Positions 28,290 through 37,097 of a stretch of DNA of 64,000 nucleotides are shown here, in pieces. This stretch comes from Thermodesulfobium acidiphilum. GTDB lineage: Bacteria > Thermodesulfobiota > Thermodesulfobiia > Thermodesulfobiales > Thermodesulfobiaceae. The notes beneath the pieces were generated by a model, which did no database searches, had not been told where the DNA came from, and saw only the letters and a list, made by a program, of their open reading frames with translations. Made by a program: the position numbers and the translations under genes. The stretch is from the NCBI RefSeq assembly GCF_003057965.1, contig NZ_CP020921.1, forward strand, positions 394,100-458,099, in the 5' to 3' direction. The first letter of the stretch is position 1, and each line of letters opens with the position of its first letter.

Positions 28290-29573
28290 ATGTTATTGCC
28301 TTTAAAAGTTTTATATATTGATTTGACTAAAACTTTTAACGTTCAGATATCCAATCTGGTTGCAAACAACGTTGAGACTCTTGAAACGTGTACAAAATCG
28401 CAGGATATTTTCGTAAAAATAAACGAATTTAGACCAGATCTGGTAATATTTAGATCGAAAAACAATTCAGAAATTCCAATTATTATAAATAAAATTAAAA
28501 AAGATTTTCCAGATGTTTTTCTGCTGTTACTTCTTGGAAGAGGAATTAACTTAAAATCTAGCACTTCTATTAGTTTTTATTATGTGGATGAGAACTTCAA
28601 CCAATTGACCTTTTTAGACTTTTTCTTTAATCTTGCTAAAGAAATCAACCAGCAAAAAATGATAGCCTATGATTTAAAATTCTATAAAGACATTTGCTTT
28701 AATATCCAAAATATGGTTTTTGTGTGTCAATATGATGAAATTGTCTTTATGAACAAAAATCTACTGAATTATATTGGTCTTTCAAGCTTAAATGAGTTCA
28801 ACGAAAAGAATCTTGATATATATGACTTTTTATATCCAGATGAAAAAAGTTTATATAAAGGAGAGGGTTTGAAAGAATGGCTTTTAAGTATTAAAAATAA
28901 AGGTAATAAGAAAAACGAGAACGTTGTTTTTTTGAAAAATAGTGTTTTTTTAAAAGAATTTTCTATTGAACCTTTTTGGATAGATTATTCAGAGATAAAA
29001 GGTGCTGAGATTGTAATTATTTCTTTGTTTAGGATGTCAAATTTAGATAGGTACAAAAGCTATAGAATTATTAAGAGAGTTAGAAATCCTATCACTAACC
29101 TATATGACAAAAAGTTCTTTTTTGAAGAGTTAAAGAAGGAAACTCAAAGGTCAGTAAGATATAAAAGGCCGCTTAGTTTAATTTTTTTATCTAACGATAA
29201 TTATAATAGCATTTACTCTAAATTTGGCAAGGAAATAGCTCATAAAGTTTTGAGGGAATTCTGTAATAGAATAGATAATTCAATAAGGGGTCTTGATCTG
29301 TTTTGTAATTACTCAAAGAGTAAGTTCACCATTCTTTGCCCTGAAACTGATGTTTTTGGAGCGCTGTTCGTTGCTAAGAGAATAAAATCTATGATAACAT
29401 CTGAAATCTTTTCTCATGGAGAAAATCTTGAATGTACTATTGGCGTTACCCAATATCAGCCACAGGAAGATATTGATATGTTTGTAAACAGAGCAATAGA
29501 GGCATGGAATAAATCAAAGCAAACCAAAGGGAAAAATGTAGAAGCAATACTGGTTCCAATTAATTACTCATAA
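28290..29573 (+). CDS. Degenerate GGDEF-domain protein with REC-like and PAS-like N-terminus
   Basis: NPITNLYDK..RPLSLIF..; the GG(D/E)EF position reads SKSKF. Confidence 0.75.
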   Translation: MLLPLKVLYIDLTKTFNVQISNLVANNVETLETCTKSQDIFVKINEFRPDLVIFRSKNNSEIPIIINKIKKDFPDVFLLLLLGRGINLKSSTSISFYYVDENFNQLTFLDFFFNLAKEINQQKMIAYDLKFYKDICFNIQNMVFVCQYDEIVFMNKNLLNYIGLSSLNEFNEKNLDIYDFLYPDEKSLYKGEGLKEWLLSIKNKGNKKNENVVFLKNSVFLKEFSIEPFWIDYSEIKGAEIVIISLFRMSNLDRYKSYRIIKRVRNPITNLYDKKFFFEELKKETQRSVRYKRPLSLIFLSNDNYNSIYSKFGKEIAHKVLREFCNRIDNSIRGLDLFCNYSKSKFTILCPETDVFGALFVAKRIKSMITSEIFSHGENLECTIGVTQYQPQEDIDMFVNRAIEAWNKSKQTKGKNVEAILVPINYS

Positions 29574-29574
29574 A

Positions 29575-29602
29575 CCCTAAGGCATTTATAAGTGCCTTAG
29601 GG
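29575..29602. terminator. Hairpin terminator between convergent genes
   Basis: CCCTAAGGCA-tttataag-TGCCTTAGGG. Confidence 0.75.
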
Positions 29603-29618
29603 AAATTTTAGAGAGACA

Positions 29619-30191
29619 TTAATAGGGTTCTGAAAAGAGCTCGAAATACGCTTGAGGATGTAGACAGCTTGGACAGCTTTGTGGGGCTTCAATTCCTTCA
29701 TGGAGATAGCCACAATTTCTACATTTCCATACAGTTTTCACTGTCTTTTTAAAGACTTCATTATTTTGAACGTTTGTGTAAAGCTTTCTATATCTTCTTT
29801 CGTGTGCTGCTTCAACTTTAGCTATATTCCTGAATAACGTTGCAATTTCGGGGAAACCCTCTTTTTCCGCAACTTCTGCTGCCTGAGGGTACAGTATAGT
29901 ATGTTCTAGATGTTCCCCTTCTGCTGCGGCTTTAAGGTTTTCAAGTGTGTTGCCTATTACGCCAGCGGGGTATGAAGCTGTAATTTCAACATCACCGCCC
30001 TCAAGGAAACTAAAAAACCTTTTAGCATGCTCTTTCTCATTTTCTGCAGTTTCCAAAAATATTGCAGCAATCTGCTCGTATCCTTCCTTTTTTGCTTGTG
30101 ATGCAAAAAAGGTATACCTTGTCCTAGCCTGAGATTCGCCTGCAAACGAAGCAAGAAGATTTTTTTCTGTCTTAGTGCCCTTTACGCTCAT
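29619..30191 (-). CDS. rbr: Rubrerythrin
   Basis: FAGESQA, ENEKEHA, EAAHE, C-terminal CRNCG..CPSC. Confidence 0.95.
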   Translation of the reverse strand: MSVKGTKTEKNLLASFAGESQARTRYTFFASQAKKEGYEQIAAIFLETAENEKEHAKRFFSFLEGGDVEITASYPAGVIGNTLENLKAAAEGEHLEHTILYPQAAEVAEKEGFPEIATLFRNIAKVEAAHERRYRKLYTNVQNNEVFKKTVKTVWKCRNCGYLHEGIEAPQSCPSCLHPQAYFELFSEPY

Positions 30192-30203
30192 TTAGTTTAC
30201 CTC

Positions 30204-30365
30204 CTACTCCTGTTTTTTAAAATCAGATTTTGAAGCTCCACAAACAGGGCATTGCCAGTCATCAGGTATTTTCTCAAATGGAGTATTTGGAGCTATGCCA
30301 CCATCCGGATCGCCAACGGCTGGATCGTATACATAACCGCAAATTGTGCATACATATTTATCCAC
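30204..30365 (-). CDS. Rubredoxin (53 aa; below the ORF-track cutoff)
   Basis: Hand translation [61 protein letters not shown]. Confidence 0.95.
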   Translation of the reverse strand: MDKYVCTICGYVYDPAVGDPDGGIAPNTPFEKIPDDWQCPVCGASKSDFKKQE

Positions 30366-30486
30366 TCTGGTATCCTCCTATAAGTAATATCTATTATTAT
30401 ATTATACTTTGGAATTTTTTTTCTTACTAAAGTTCTGAATTTTAATAAATAGATTTTATTGGCTTTCTTTTTGAATATAACTGTAT

Positions 30487-32046
30487 TTATTTCCCAATAT
30501 TTTCTGGGAAGGTATGGTGTACGGCTATTGGTAAATGTGGATTAAGATTGGATGATGAATTTTGACTTGAGTTCATTTGTGTGGTTTCTGATGATCCATA
30601 AAATTCTGTAATAGTATTTTGCCCGCTTATTACCCATATATTATTATATTTGTCAACAACTAAAGGTCCGGGAAATTTCCCAAGTGGGTAAACATGTTTT
30701 TCTTCTTTGGCTATTTCTTCTAGAAGGCCTCCACCATATTTTTTGTTTCCAGAAATCCATATATTTCCCATACTATCTATTGCTATTCCTGTTGGCTGAA
30801 TATCTAACTTATAGCTTTGATCTAAGATTTTACAGTTTAAATTTATATGTTCTAACATAACACTATTATCTAAAAGTTTGCCTGTGGTAATCCATGCTGT
30901 ATTATTGTCTGAAATAATATTATTTACACCATATTGTGGACATTCCTTGATATATCCATCAGAATAAAGTATTGTTAATGGCCCATAACTTGAAGTGACC
31001 CATAAATTATTGACTTTATCCATTGTTATCTGGTATACACCGCGGCTTGCCTGATAGGTGTTTATTATGCTGCCATTTTCGTTAAGTTTAAAGATTTTAC
31101 CACTTTTCCAGTCATCTACCCAGATATTATTTTTAGGATCTATGAAGATGTAGTTCATACCATCTGCTATTTCGTGGGTACCAAGTATTTTTCCTTCCTG
31201 ATTGAGTTTTATCAAGCTATTATTGTTAATAACAAAAATATTTCCATAGTTATCTGCTGCAATACCTATTGGATCGACCTTTATGTTGAAGTTAGTAACA
31301 TTCCCTTCCTGATTAATTTTTGATATACTTTGACTTTGATAATTTGTAACCCAAATATTGCCAAATTTATCTGTGGTTATTGCATTTGGTGCCTGTCCTA
31401 CATATATTGTGCGCTCTTTATTAACATCTGCTGATTTTTTAGACTCTGATTGAGAGTAGGGATTCGTTTTATGAATTTGTATTTTACCGTTTGAATTAAT
31501 TATTATGTCTGAAATTGCACTTTCTGAATTGCACGATTGTAAAATAGTTTTTGGCAAAATTGTACTATCACCTTTTTCTATTGCTACCCAGTGACTGCTA
31601 AAGGCACCGCATTGGCCCATAGGGTTAGGATTTCCAGCTATTGAACCTATAGTAATTTTATACGTTGAATCATTAATTTTACAGGACAAATTTAAAAGCT
31701 TTGTAGAAGTCACAAATCCATTGCTATTCCTTATTAATAGTTCATCTGGCCCGCCTAGATTTTTATAACCTGCTTGTTGAAGCGCTTCTATAGTACTAAC
31801 TTTACTATTTTGTGCACTCTGAGTATAAAAATATAAATTTTTAAGCTCTAGTTTTCCTTCTGGTTCACACTTATAAAAAAGATAACTATTTGAGTTATCA
31901 GAGCTGCTAGAACTATTAAAGCTCTTGGACAAAATCTCAGGATGTTTAAAATTAATCAGAAATATTGTAACAATAACAATAAAACTTGCTACAATAACCA
32001 AAATTTTCAACCAATATTTTCTCATCTTATTTTCTCCATAAAGCAT
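30487..32046 (-). CDS. Membrane-anchored protein with a C-terminal NHL/Vgb-like beta-propeller
   Basis: N-terminal TM; repeated P.gIa.D..gNIWV units. Confidence 0.75.
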   Translation of the reverse strand: MLYGENKMRKYWLKILVIVASFIVIVTIFLINFKHPEILSKSFNSSSSSDNSNSYLFYKCEPEGKLELKNLYFYTQSAQNSKVSTIEALQQAGYKNLGGPDELLIRNSNGFVTSTKLLNLSCKINDSTYKITIGSIAGNPNPMGQCGAFSSHWVAIEKGDSTILPKTILQSCNSESAISDIIINSNGKIQIHKTNPYSQSESKKSADVNKERTIYVGQAPNAITTDKFGNIWVTNYQSQSISKINQEGNVTNFNIKVDPIGIAADNYGNIFVINNNSLIKLNQEGKILGTHEIADGMNYIFIDPKNNIWVDDWKSGKIFKLNENGSIINTYQASRGVYQITMDKVNNLWVTSSYGPLTILYSDGYIKECPQYGVNNIISDNNTAWITTGKLLDNSVMLEHINLNCKILDQSYKLDIQPTGIAIDSMGNIWISGNKKYGGGLLEEIAKEEKHVYPLGKFPGPLVVDKYNNIWVISGQNTITEFYGSSETTQMNSSQNSSSNLNPHLPIAVHHTFPENIGK

Positions 32047-32050
32047 TAAT

Positions 32051-32084
32051 AAAAAAGCGGCTAAACCATCATAGGCTTAGCCGC
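32051..32084 (-). terminator. Rho-independent terminator
   Basis: GCGGCTAA..TTAGCCGC stem followed by a T6 run on the minus strand. Confidence 0.8.
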
Positions 32085-32092
32085 ATGCAACC

Positions 32093-32521
32093 TTATTCCA
32101 TAATCCAGGTTTGATACGTGCATTGTGGTCCCTGATAACCGTTGTGTACGAGTAGTTTTCCTGGATATTCGTTTGGAGCTCTCCAAACGTTAATAAATTC
32201 TCCATTGAGACAGGAACCGGGTGCATGAAGCTGGCATTGACCTACAAGTTGGGCATCTCTAAAACCTTCCACTGTTACATTTTGAATGTGTTGAAGGGGT
32301 ATTTCCTGACCATGCCATGTACATGTTGCAGCCGGTTCTTCAATACAACCTTTACATTGTCCGATAAGTAGTGGGTCATTAAAACTTTTAGCGGTAATAC
32401 TTTTGTAAATTTGAAATTCTGTCAGTTTTTCCTGCAGGAAGCAACTTTGAGCTTGAGCAAGGTTATAACTGAAGAGTATGAGAACTGAAATTACAAACAA
32501 GAGTATCAATTTGTATTTCAT
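32093..32521 (-). CDS. Secreted Cys-rich hypothetical protein
   Basis: Signal peptide ending AQA, 7 Cys, GGAGGG SD. Confidence 0.75.
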   Translation of the reverse strand: MKYKLILLFVISVLILFSYNLAQAQSCFLQEKLTEFQIYKSITAKSFNDPLLIGQCKGCIEEPAATCTWHGQEIPLQHIQNVTVEGFRDAQLVGQCQLHAPGSCLNGEFINVWRAPNEYPGKLLVHNGYQGPQCTYQTWIME

Positions 32522-32912
32522 CTTTCCCTCCTATAAAAAATTTCTCTGTTACATAAATCAAAACTGCTTAAGTGCTACATATTTTTTCTAATATTAAATT
32601 ATCATTTTCACCTCCCTTCCCGTTCACGAAAACAAAATCCAGTTACCCCTAAAAGTAATTAGAGTTTTGTAATTGTAATGTTTATAGATATTTTACTTTT
32701 GAATTGAGTTTTAGAAGCGTAAAGGTATTAGACAAAAGTTTAGTAAATATTTGGAATGAATATTAACCCATATAAAAATTTTATCATTTTTTTTAATTTT
32801 TTAAATTTAATTTATTAGACTTAATAACTAAATTTTATTATTTGATAAAGAAAATTTTTATTTTATAATAAATTTTCAACTTTATTGAATTTATCTTATA
32901 ATCATAGTTTAT

Positions 32913-34013
32913 ATGAACAATGAAATTTTAGAATTTGATGTAGTTGTTTGTGGTTCAGGACCTGCTGGGGCTACGGCTGCTGCTTTGTTAGCAAAAAATG
33001 GCTTAAAAGTAGCATTAATTGATAAAGAAGATTTTCCCAGGGATAAACTTTGCGGGGGGTTACTAACAAAAAAGTCTTATAACTTAATTGAATCTATATT
33101 TGGTAATAAATTTTTACAAAAGGAAATTGAATTTTTCTCAAATAGGTTTGAAGTTTATTATAGGAAAACAAAAATATTTTCAGCCCTTTCAAAAAAGTTA
33201 TTTATCTATGTCAATAGAAGAAAGTTTGACTATGCAATTTTAAAAAAGGCAATAGACTCAGGTGCATATTTTTTTGGTAAAACTAAGGTTGTAGGTATAG
33301 ATGTAAACAATATGCTGATATTCACAAGTAGCAATACTTTTAAGGGAAGATATATTGTTGCTGCTGATGGTGTAAATAGCGTTATTAGGAATTATTTGAT
33401 AAAAAATACTATTATAGATAGCAGTGATTATAAAGATAACTTAACCCTTGCTATAGAATTTTATGATTATAAGTTTACAACTGATCGAGCGTCTCTATTT
33501 TTTGGATTTACAAAATTTGGCTATGGATGGATTTTTCCTAATAAAGAGAGAACTGTTATTGGGATAGGAGCGCTAATAAGCAAAAATAAAGGTCTGATGC
33601 GAGAACAGTTCAATAATTTTCTAAATTCAATTGGATATGAAGAACCAATAAAAACTTTTGCTCATCTAATACCTACAGGTTGGATTCCAAATAGGACAGG
33701 TTTTAATAATATTTTATTAGTAGGCGATGCAGGTGGTTTTACAGATCCTATAACAGGCGAAGGTATATATTATGCTATTAAAACTGCTCAAATGGCTTCT
33801 GAGGCAATTTTATTTTCTGAAAAAAATAAACTTTTTGCTGAAATTAATTATAAACTATTCCTGGAAAAGATGCTTAAAGATTTAAAGAAAAGGAAAATGT
33901 ATAGAAACATTGTTTTTGGTACAAAATTTAGGTTTTTTATAAAAATTTTTCTCCTGGTTCAATTAATTTTGTTTAGAGATAAAGTACTTGATTTTATTCA
34001 TGAACCCTCTTGA
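32913..34013 (+). CDS. Geranylgeranyl reductase-family FAD oxidoreductase
   Basis: GSGPAG, FPRDKLCGG, ADGVNS, GYGWIFP, GDAGG..DPITGEGI. Confidence 0.88.
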   Translation: MNNEILEFDVVVCGSGPAGATAAALLAKNGLKVALIDKEDFPRDKLCGGLLTKKSYNLIESIFGNKFLQKEIEFFSNRFEVYYRKTKIFSALSKKLFIYVNRRKFDYAILKKAIDSGAYFFGKTKVVGIDVNNMLIFTSSNTFKGRYIVAADGVNSVIRNYLIKNTIIDSSDYKDNLTLAIEFYDYKFTTDRASLFFGFTKFGYGWIFPNKERTVIGIGALISKNKGLMREQFNNFLNSIGYEEPIKTFAHLIPTGWIPNRTGFNNILLVGDAGGFTDPITGEGIYYAIKTAQMASEAILFSEKNKLFAEINYKLFLEKMLKDLKKRKMYRNIVFGTKFRFFIKIFLLVQLILFRDKVLDFIHEPS

Positions 34014-34017
34014 GAAA

Positions 34018-34325
34018 TGGAGGATGAACAATTAAAAGGATTGGCCTATATGACAAGGTTTGTTAGGGTCTGAAATGAATTAAGTATGCTCCAATTGCAA
34101 TAAAAGAACCAACTAACTATCAGGTAAGAGCAAATCTGATGTGGACATCATCCTGGGCTTTAAATGGATTTTTGCAAACAGGCGGTGAGTTTCATGAGCG
34201 AGGTTGGCATTGATGATAAGAATTTCAAGATTATGGCACATAAGGCCTGTAGAGGGGGAATTTTGAACGGTTATAAGCCGTTGATTGAAGAAGACGTTGA
34301 AAAAATATATAGAATGTGCCTATAA
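34018..34325 (+). pseudogene. Remnant of an iron-containing (butanol-type) alcohol dehydrogenase
   Basis: Fragments GG*TIKRIGLYDKV; KYAPIAIKEPTNYQVRANLMWTSSWALNGF; MSEVGIDDKNFKIMAHKAC..KPLIEEDVEKIYRMCL*. Confidence 0.8.
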
Positions 34326-34337
34326 TATTTCTGAAAA

Positions 34338-34370
34338 GCCCCGTCTCCAACAATTTTTGGAGACGGGGGC
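34338..34370. terminator. GC-rich hairpin terminating the hdr-dsrE operon
   Basis: CCCCGTCTCCAA..TTGGAGACGGGG with a T run on the minus strand. Confidence 0.8.
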
Positions 34371-34383
34371 AGGGTTTAAAAGA

Positions 34384-34746
34384 TTAATAATTTAATACTG
34401 AGTTAGCCTCTAATATCTCTTTGATGGCTTTTCCGGCTTTTGTGAGCTCACAGCCATCAACTATCATTTCCTTTGTGATGCCTCTTTCTTCACAACAAGG
34501 AATGCATAGGAATATCTTTCCACCATTTGAAAGAAAATTCTCTACATGTTTTTTTATCGGATCATGTCCAGGTGCCTTTATGTGTTCGTAAACTCCCTTT
34601 GTTACTGTGTATACACCGTTTGCCTGCAAACAAACTATAACCTCAGCATCCATTGCAAGGGCTGCATTAGCCATTACGTATGCAAGGGTTGCCTTTTCAG
34701 GGTCTTCTGGTCCGATTGTCGACATAACTACAACTTTTTCGCTCAA
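34384..34746 (-). CDS. DsrE/DsrF-like sulfur relay protein (copy 3)
   Basis: GPEDPEKAT..ANAALAMD..LQANGV..GGKIFLCIPCC. Confidence 0.85.
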   Translation of the reverse strand: MSEKVVVMSTIGPEDPEKATLAYVMANAALAMDAEVIVCLQANGVYTVTKGVYEHIKAPGHDPIKKHVENFLSNGGKIFLCIPCCEERGITKEMIVDGCELTKAGKAIKEILEANSVLNY

Positions 34747-34795
34747 ATTAGAATTTCCTCCTTAGAATTTAGTTATAAAAATACACTTTAAAGAT

Positions 34796-35158
34796 TTAAT
34801 AGTTTAATGTGGTTTTGGCTTCCAGTATAGCTTTCATAGCCTTGCCAGACTTGGCCATTTCGCAGCCTTCCAGTATTTGGTCTTGAGAAATATCTCTTTC
34901 CTGACAACAGGGGATACAAACATAAAATTTTCCACCATTTGAAAGAAAATTCTCTACATGTTTTTTTATCGGATCATGTCCAGGTGCCTTTATGTGTTCG
35001 TAAACTCCCTTTGTTACTGTGTAAACGCCATTTGATTGGAGAACCATCAATACCTCAGCATCCATTGCAAGGGCTGCATTAGCCATTACGTATGCAAGGG
35101 CTGCCTTTTCTGGGTTTTCTGGCCCAGAAGATAAGGTAATTACAAGCTTTTCACTCAT
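34796..35158 (-). CDS. DsrE/DsrF-like sulfur relay protein (copy 2)
   Basis: Close paralog of 34384-34746; CIPCC. Confidence 0.85.
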   Translation of the reverse strand: MSEKLVITLSSGPENPEKAALAYVMANAALAMDAEVLMVLQSNGVYTVTKGVYEHIKAPGHDPIKKHVENFLSNGGKFYVCIPCCQERDISQDQILEGCEMAKSGKAMKAILEAKTTLNY

Positions 35159-35191
35159 TTTTTTCCTCCGATTAAGTTTTTAGATTGATAA

Positions 35192-35554
35192 TTAATAAAA
35201 CATTACTAAGTCTGATTCGGCCATGTCTAACATTGCTCTTCCGGCTCCAACTATTTGAGCATTTCTAACAAGATCTTTCTCAGTTATGTTTCTGGCTTTA
35301 CTTGCGCAAACGCATAAATAGAATTTACCGCCCTGTTCTATAAAGTTCTTTACGTAAATTTCCAGAGGATCATAATCTTTATACGTAATTCTCTCAAACA
35401 TTCCGTTAACTGCTGTAAAAACTCCTCCGCTTTGAAGCCACATAGTAACTTCATAGTCCATTGCAAAAGCAGCGTTTGCCATAATAAAGGCACCTATAAC
35501 TTTTTCAGGGTTATCAGGACCTGATGTGAGTGCAATAAAAGCCTTCTTTGCCAT
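35192..35554 (-). CDS. DsrE/DsrF-like sulfur relay protein (copy 1)
   Basis: GPDNPEK..ANAAFAMD..GGKFYLCVCA. Confidence 0.85.
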   Translation of the reverse strand: MAKKAFIALTSGPDNPEKVIGAFIMANAAFAMDYEVTMWLQSGGVFTAVNGMFERITYKDYDPLEIYVKNFIEQGGKFYLCVCASKARNITEKDLVRNAQIVGAGRAMLDMAESDLVMFY

Positions 35555-35573
35555 TCTCTCCTCCTAACACTAT

Positions 35574-36554
35574 TTATGAATTTTGTAAGTATGATTTAAC
35601 TAAGATTTCGGAAAGATCCAGGAAACTATCCTTTGAAGGAGAACTTTCTTTTAAGTTTAATAAGCAAATTGGACACATTGTAGTTACTATGTTTGAACAG
35701 GATAATAAATCGTTTGCTCTTTTTGAGGCAATTTCTTTTGCTTTTTTTGGGAAGAGTGACTCAATTGGACCACCGCAACAGTGAGTAAGCTTTCTTGAAA
35801 GTTCTGGTTCTACATAATTTATTCCGGCATTTTTTAAAAGAACTCTTGGCTCTTCTATTATCTCTTCATATCTTGCCAGGACACAGGAATCATGAATAGC
35901 GACTGTCATATCTAGCTTATTTTGAGGTTTGATTTTATTTTCATATAATACTTCAATATAATTTTTTACTTCGTAATTAAATTCTGGCAAAATCTTTTTA
36001 TAAACCCTTCTAAGCATGTGTGTAGTGTGTGGATCGACTGTAATAATATTTTTAACGTTATTGTCTTTAAGAATTTTGTTTAATGTCTTTGCTTGATTTA
36101 TTAGCGGTTCGTCTATACCGTTGTCGTACAAAAGAGTACCAACATAAAGTTCATCCTCATATAAGTATCCTGCCTCTACACCGGCGTACTTTAAAAGCTT
36201 ATAGATATTTTGCAGACATCTTTCTGACCTTTCTACCTCATTTCTCTCAGGTTTTGCAGCGTATTTGGACATTGAAGAAAGGTTGACAAACTTATTAACG
36301 ATTCTGCCTACTGGAGCTAGTTTCATAAGAGGGGAATCTTCGAGATTTTCGTAAAGAGTGGTTGCTGATTTTGTGATGGGCATAAGCTGGTACATGTGTC
36401 CCGTATAAATTATTGTTTCTGTACCTCTTTTTATGTCTAAATCTTTTGCCCATGATGTAAGGCTTTTTTCTGAAACGCTAAATACTGTTTTTCTCTTTTC
36501 AAAATTATCGTTTAATATTCCTAAAACCGCTCCCACTTTGCTCATTTTTTTCAC
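35574..36554 (-). CDS. CCG-domain Fe-S protein (HdrB/HdrD-like)
   Basis: HDSC..CCGG..CPIC intact; first CCG repeat degenerate (ELYVG, TVDPH). Confidence 0.85.
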   Translation of the reverse strand: MKKMSKVGAVLGILNDNFEKRKTVFSVSEKSLTSWAKDLDIKRGTETIIYTGHMYQLMPITKSATTLYENLEDSPLMKLAPVGRIVNKFVNLSSMSKYAAKPERNEVERSERCLQNIYKLLKYAGVEAGYLYEDELYVGTLLYDNGIDEPLINQAKTLNKILKDNNVKNIITVDPHTTHMLRRVYKKILPEFNYEVKNYIEVLYENKIKPQNKLDMTVAIHDSCVLARYEEIIEEPRVLLKNAGINYVEPELSRKLTHCCGGPIESLFPKKAKEIASKRANDLLSCSNIVTTMCPICLLNLKESSPSKDSFLDLSEILVKSYLQNS

Positions 36555-36853
36555 ACTCCAAGCTTGCTTTTGGCAAGATAATTTCTTATAAGCCTTATAT
36601 TTTCTGTAATATTAACTTCATGTGGGCATTGCTCTTCACACATTCTACACAAAAGGCATGAAAATACCTGATCGGTGCTCTCAAGAATTTTTTCTTCTTC
36701 ACCTAAGAGAACATATCTAAAGAGTTTTCTGGGTAAAATATCAAATCCTACTGGACACAGTGCTGAGCAAGTCCCACAATTAAAACATGCTGAAGCGTTG
36801 AAATCTTCGCTTATTTTAATCTTATCTATCAATCCAGAATTGACTTTTATCAT
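36551..36853 (-). CDS. HdrC-like 2x[4Fe-4S] protein
   Basis: CFNCGTCSALCP and CLLCRMCEEQCP; start at ATG 36853. Confidence 0.88.
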   Translation of the reverse strand: MIKVNSGLIDKIKISEDFNASACFNCGTCSALCPVGFDILPRKLFRYVLLGEEEKILESTDQVFSCLLCRMCEEQCPHEVNITENIRLIRNYLAKSKLGV

Positions 36854-36854
36854 C

Positions 36855-37097
36855 TTATTTCTCCTTGAGAGCGTATTTATAGTAATCATCTCGTCTCTTT
36901 TTTGGAAGTTCTTCGACAAGATTGTATCTGCGCATTGCCATTAGATGCATAGTAACCTCATAAGTTGGAATATTTAATTCCTTTGAAATTTCTGGTATTG
37001 TCTTTGGTTCACTTTTGAGCAAAGAAGCTATTTTTTCGTGGAAATACATCTCATTTTTTATAACGTGTAAAGGCGGCTTAATAAATTTTTTTATCAT
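36855..37097 (-). CDS. Small winged-helix hypothetical protein in the hdr cluster
   Basis: PKTIPEISKELNIPTYEVTMHLMAMRRYNLV; tightly coupled to both neighbours. Confidence 0.7.
   Translation of the reverse strand: MIKKFIKPPLHVIKNEMYFHEKIASLLKSEPKTIPEISKELNIPTYEVTMHLMAMRRYNLVEELPKKRRDDYYKYALKEK

Noticed and set aside
30230-30430. 66-aa plus-strand ORF
   Set aside because: The real gene is the rubredoxin on the minus strand.
32522-32912. Strong SD (GGGAGGTG) plus ATG on the minus strand near 32605
   Set aside because: It opens only a 3-codon ORF; no supportable feature.
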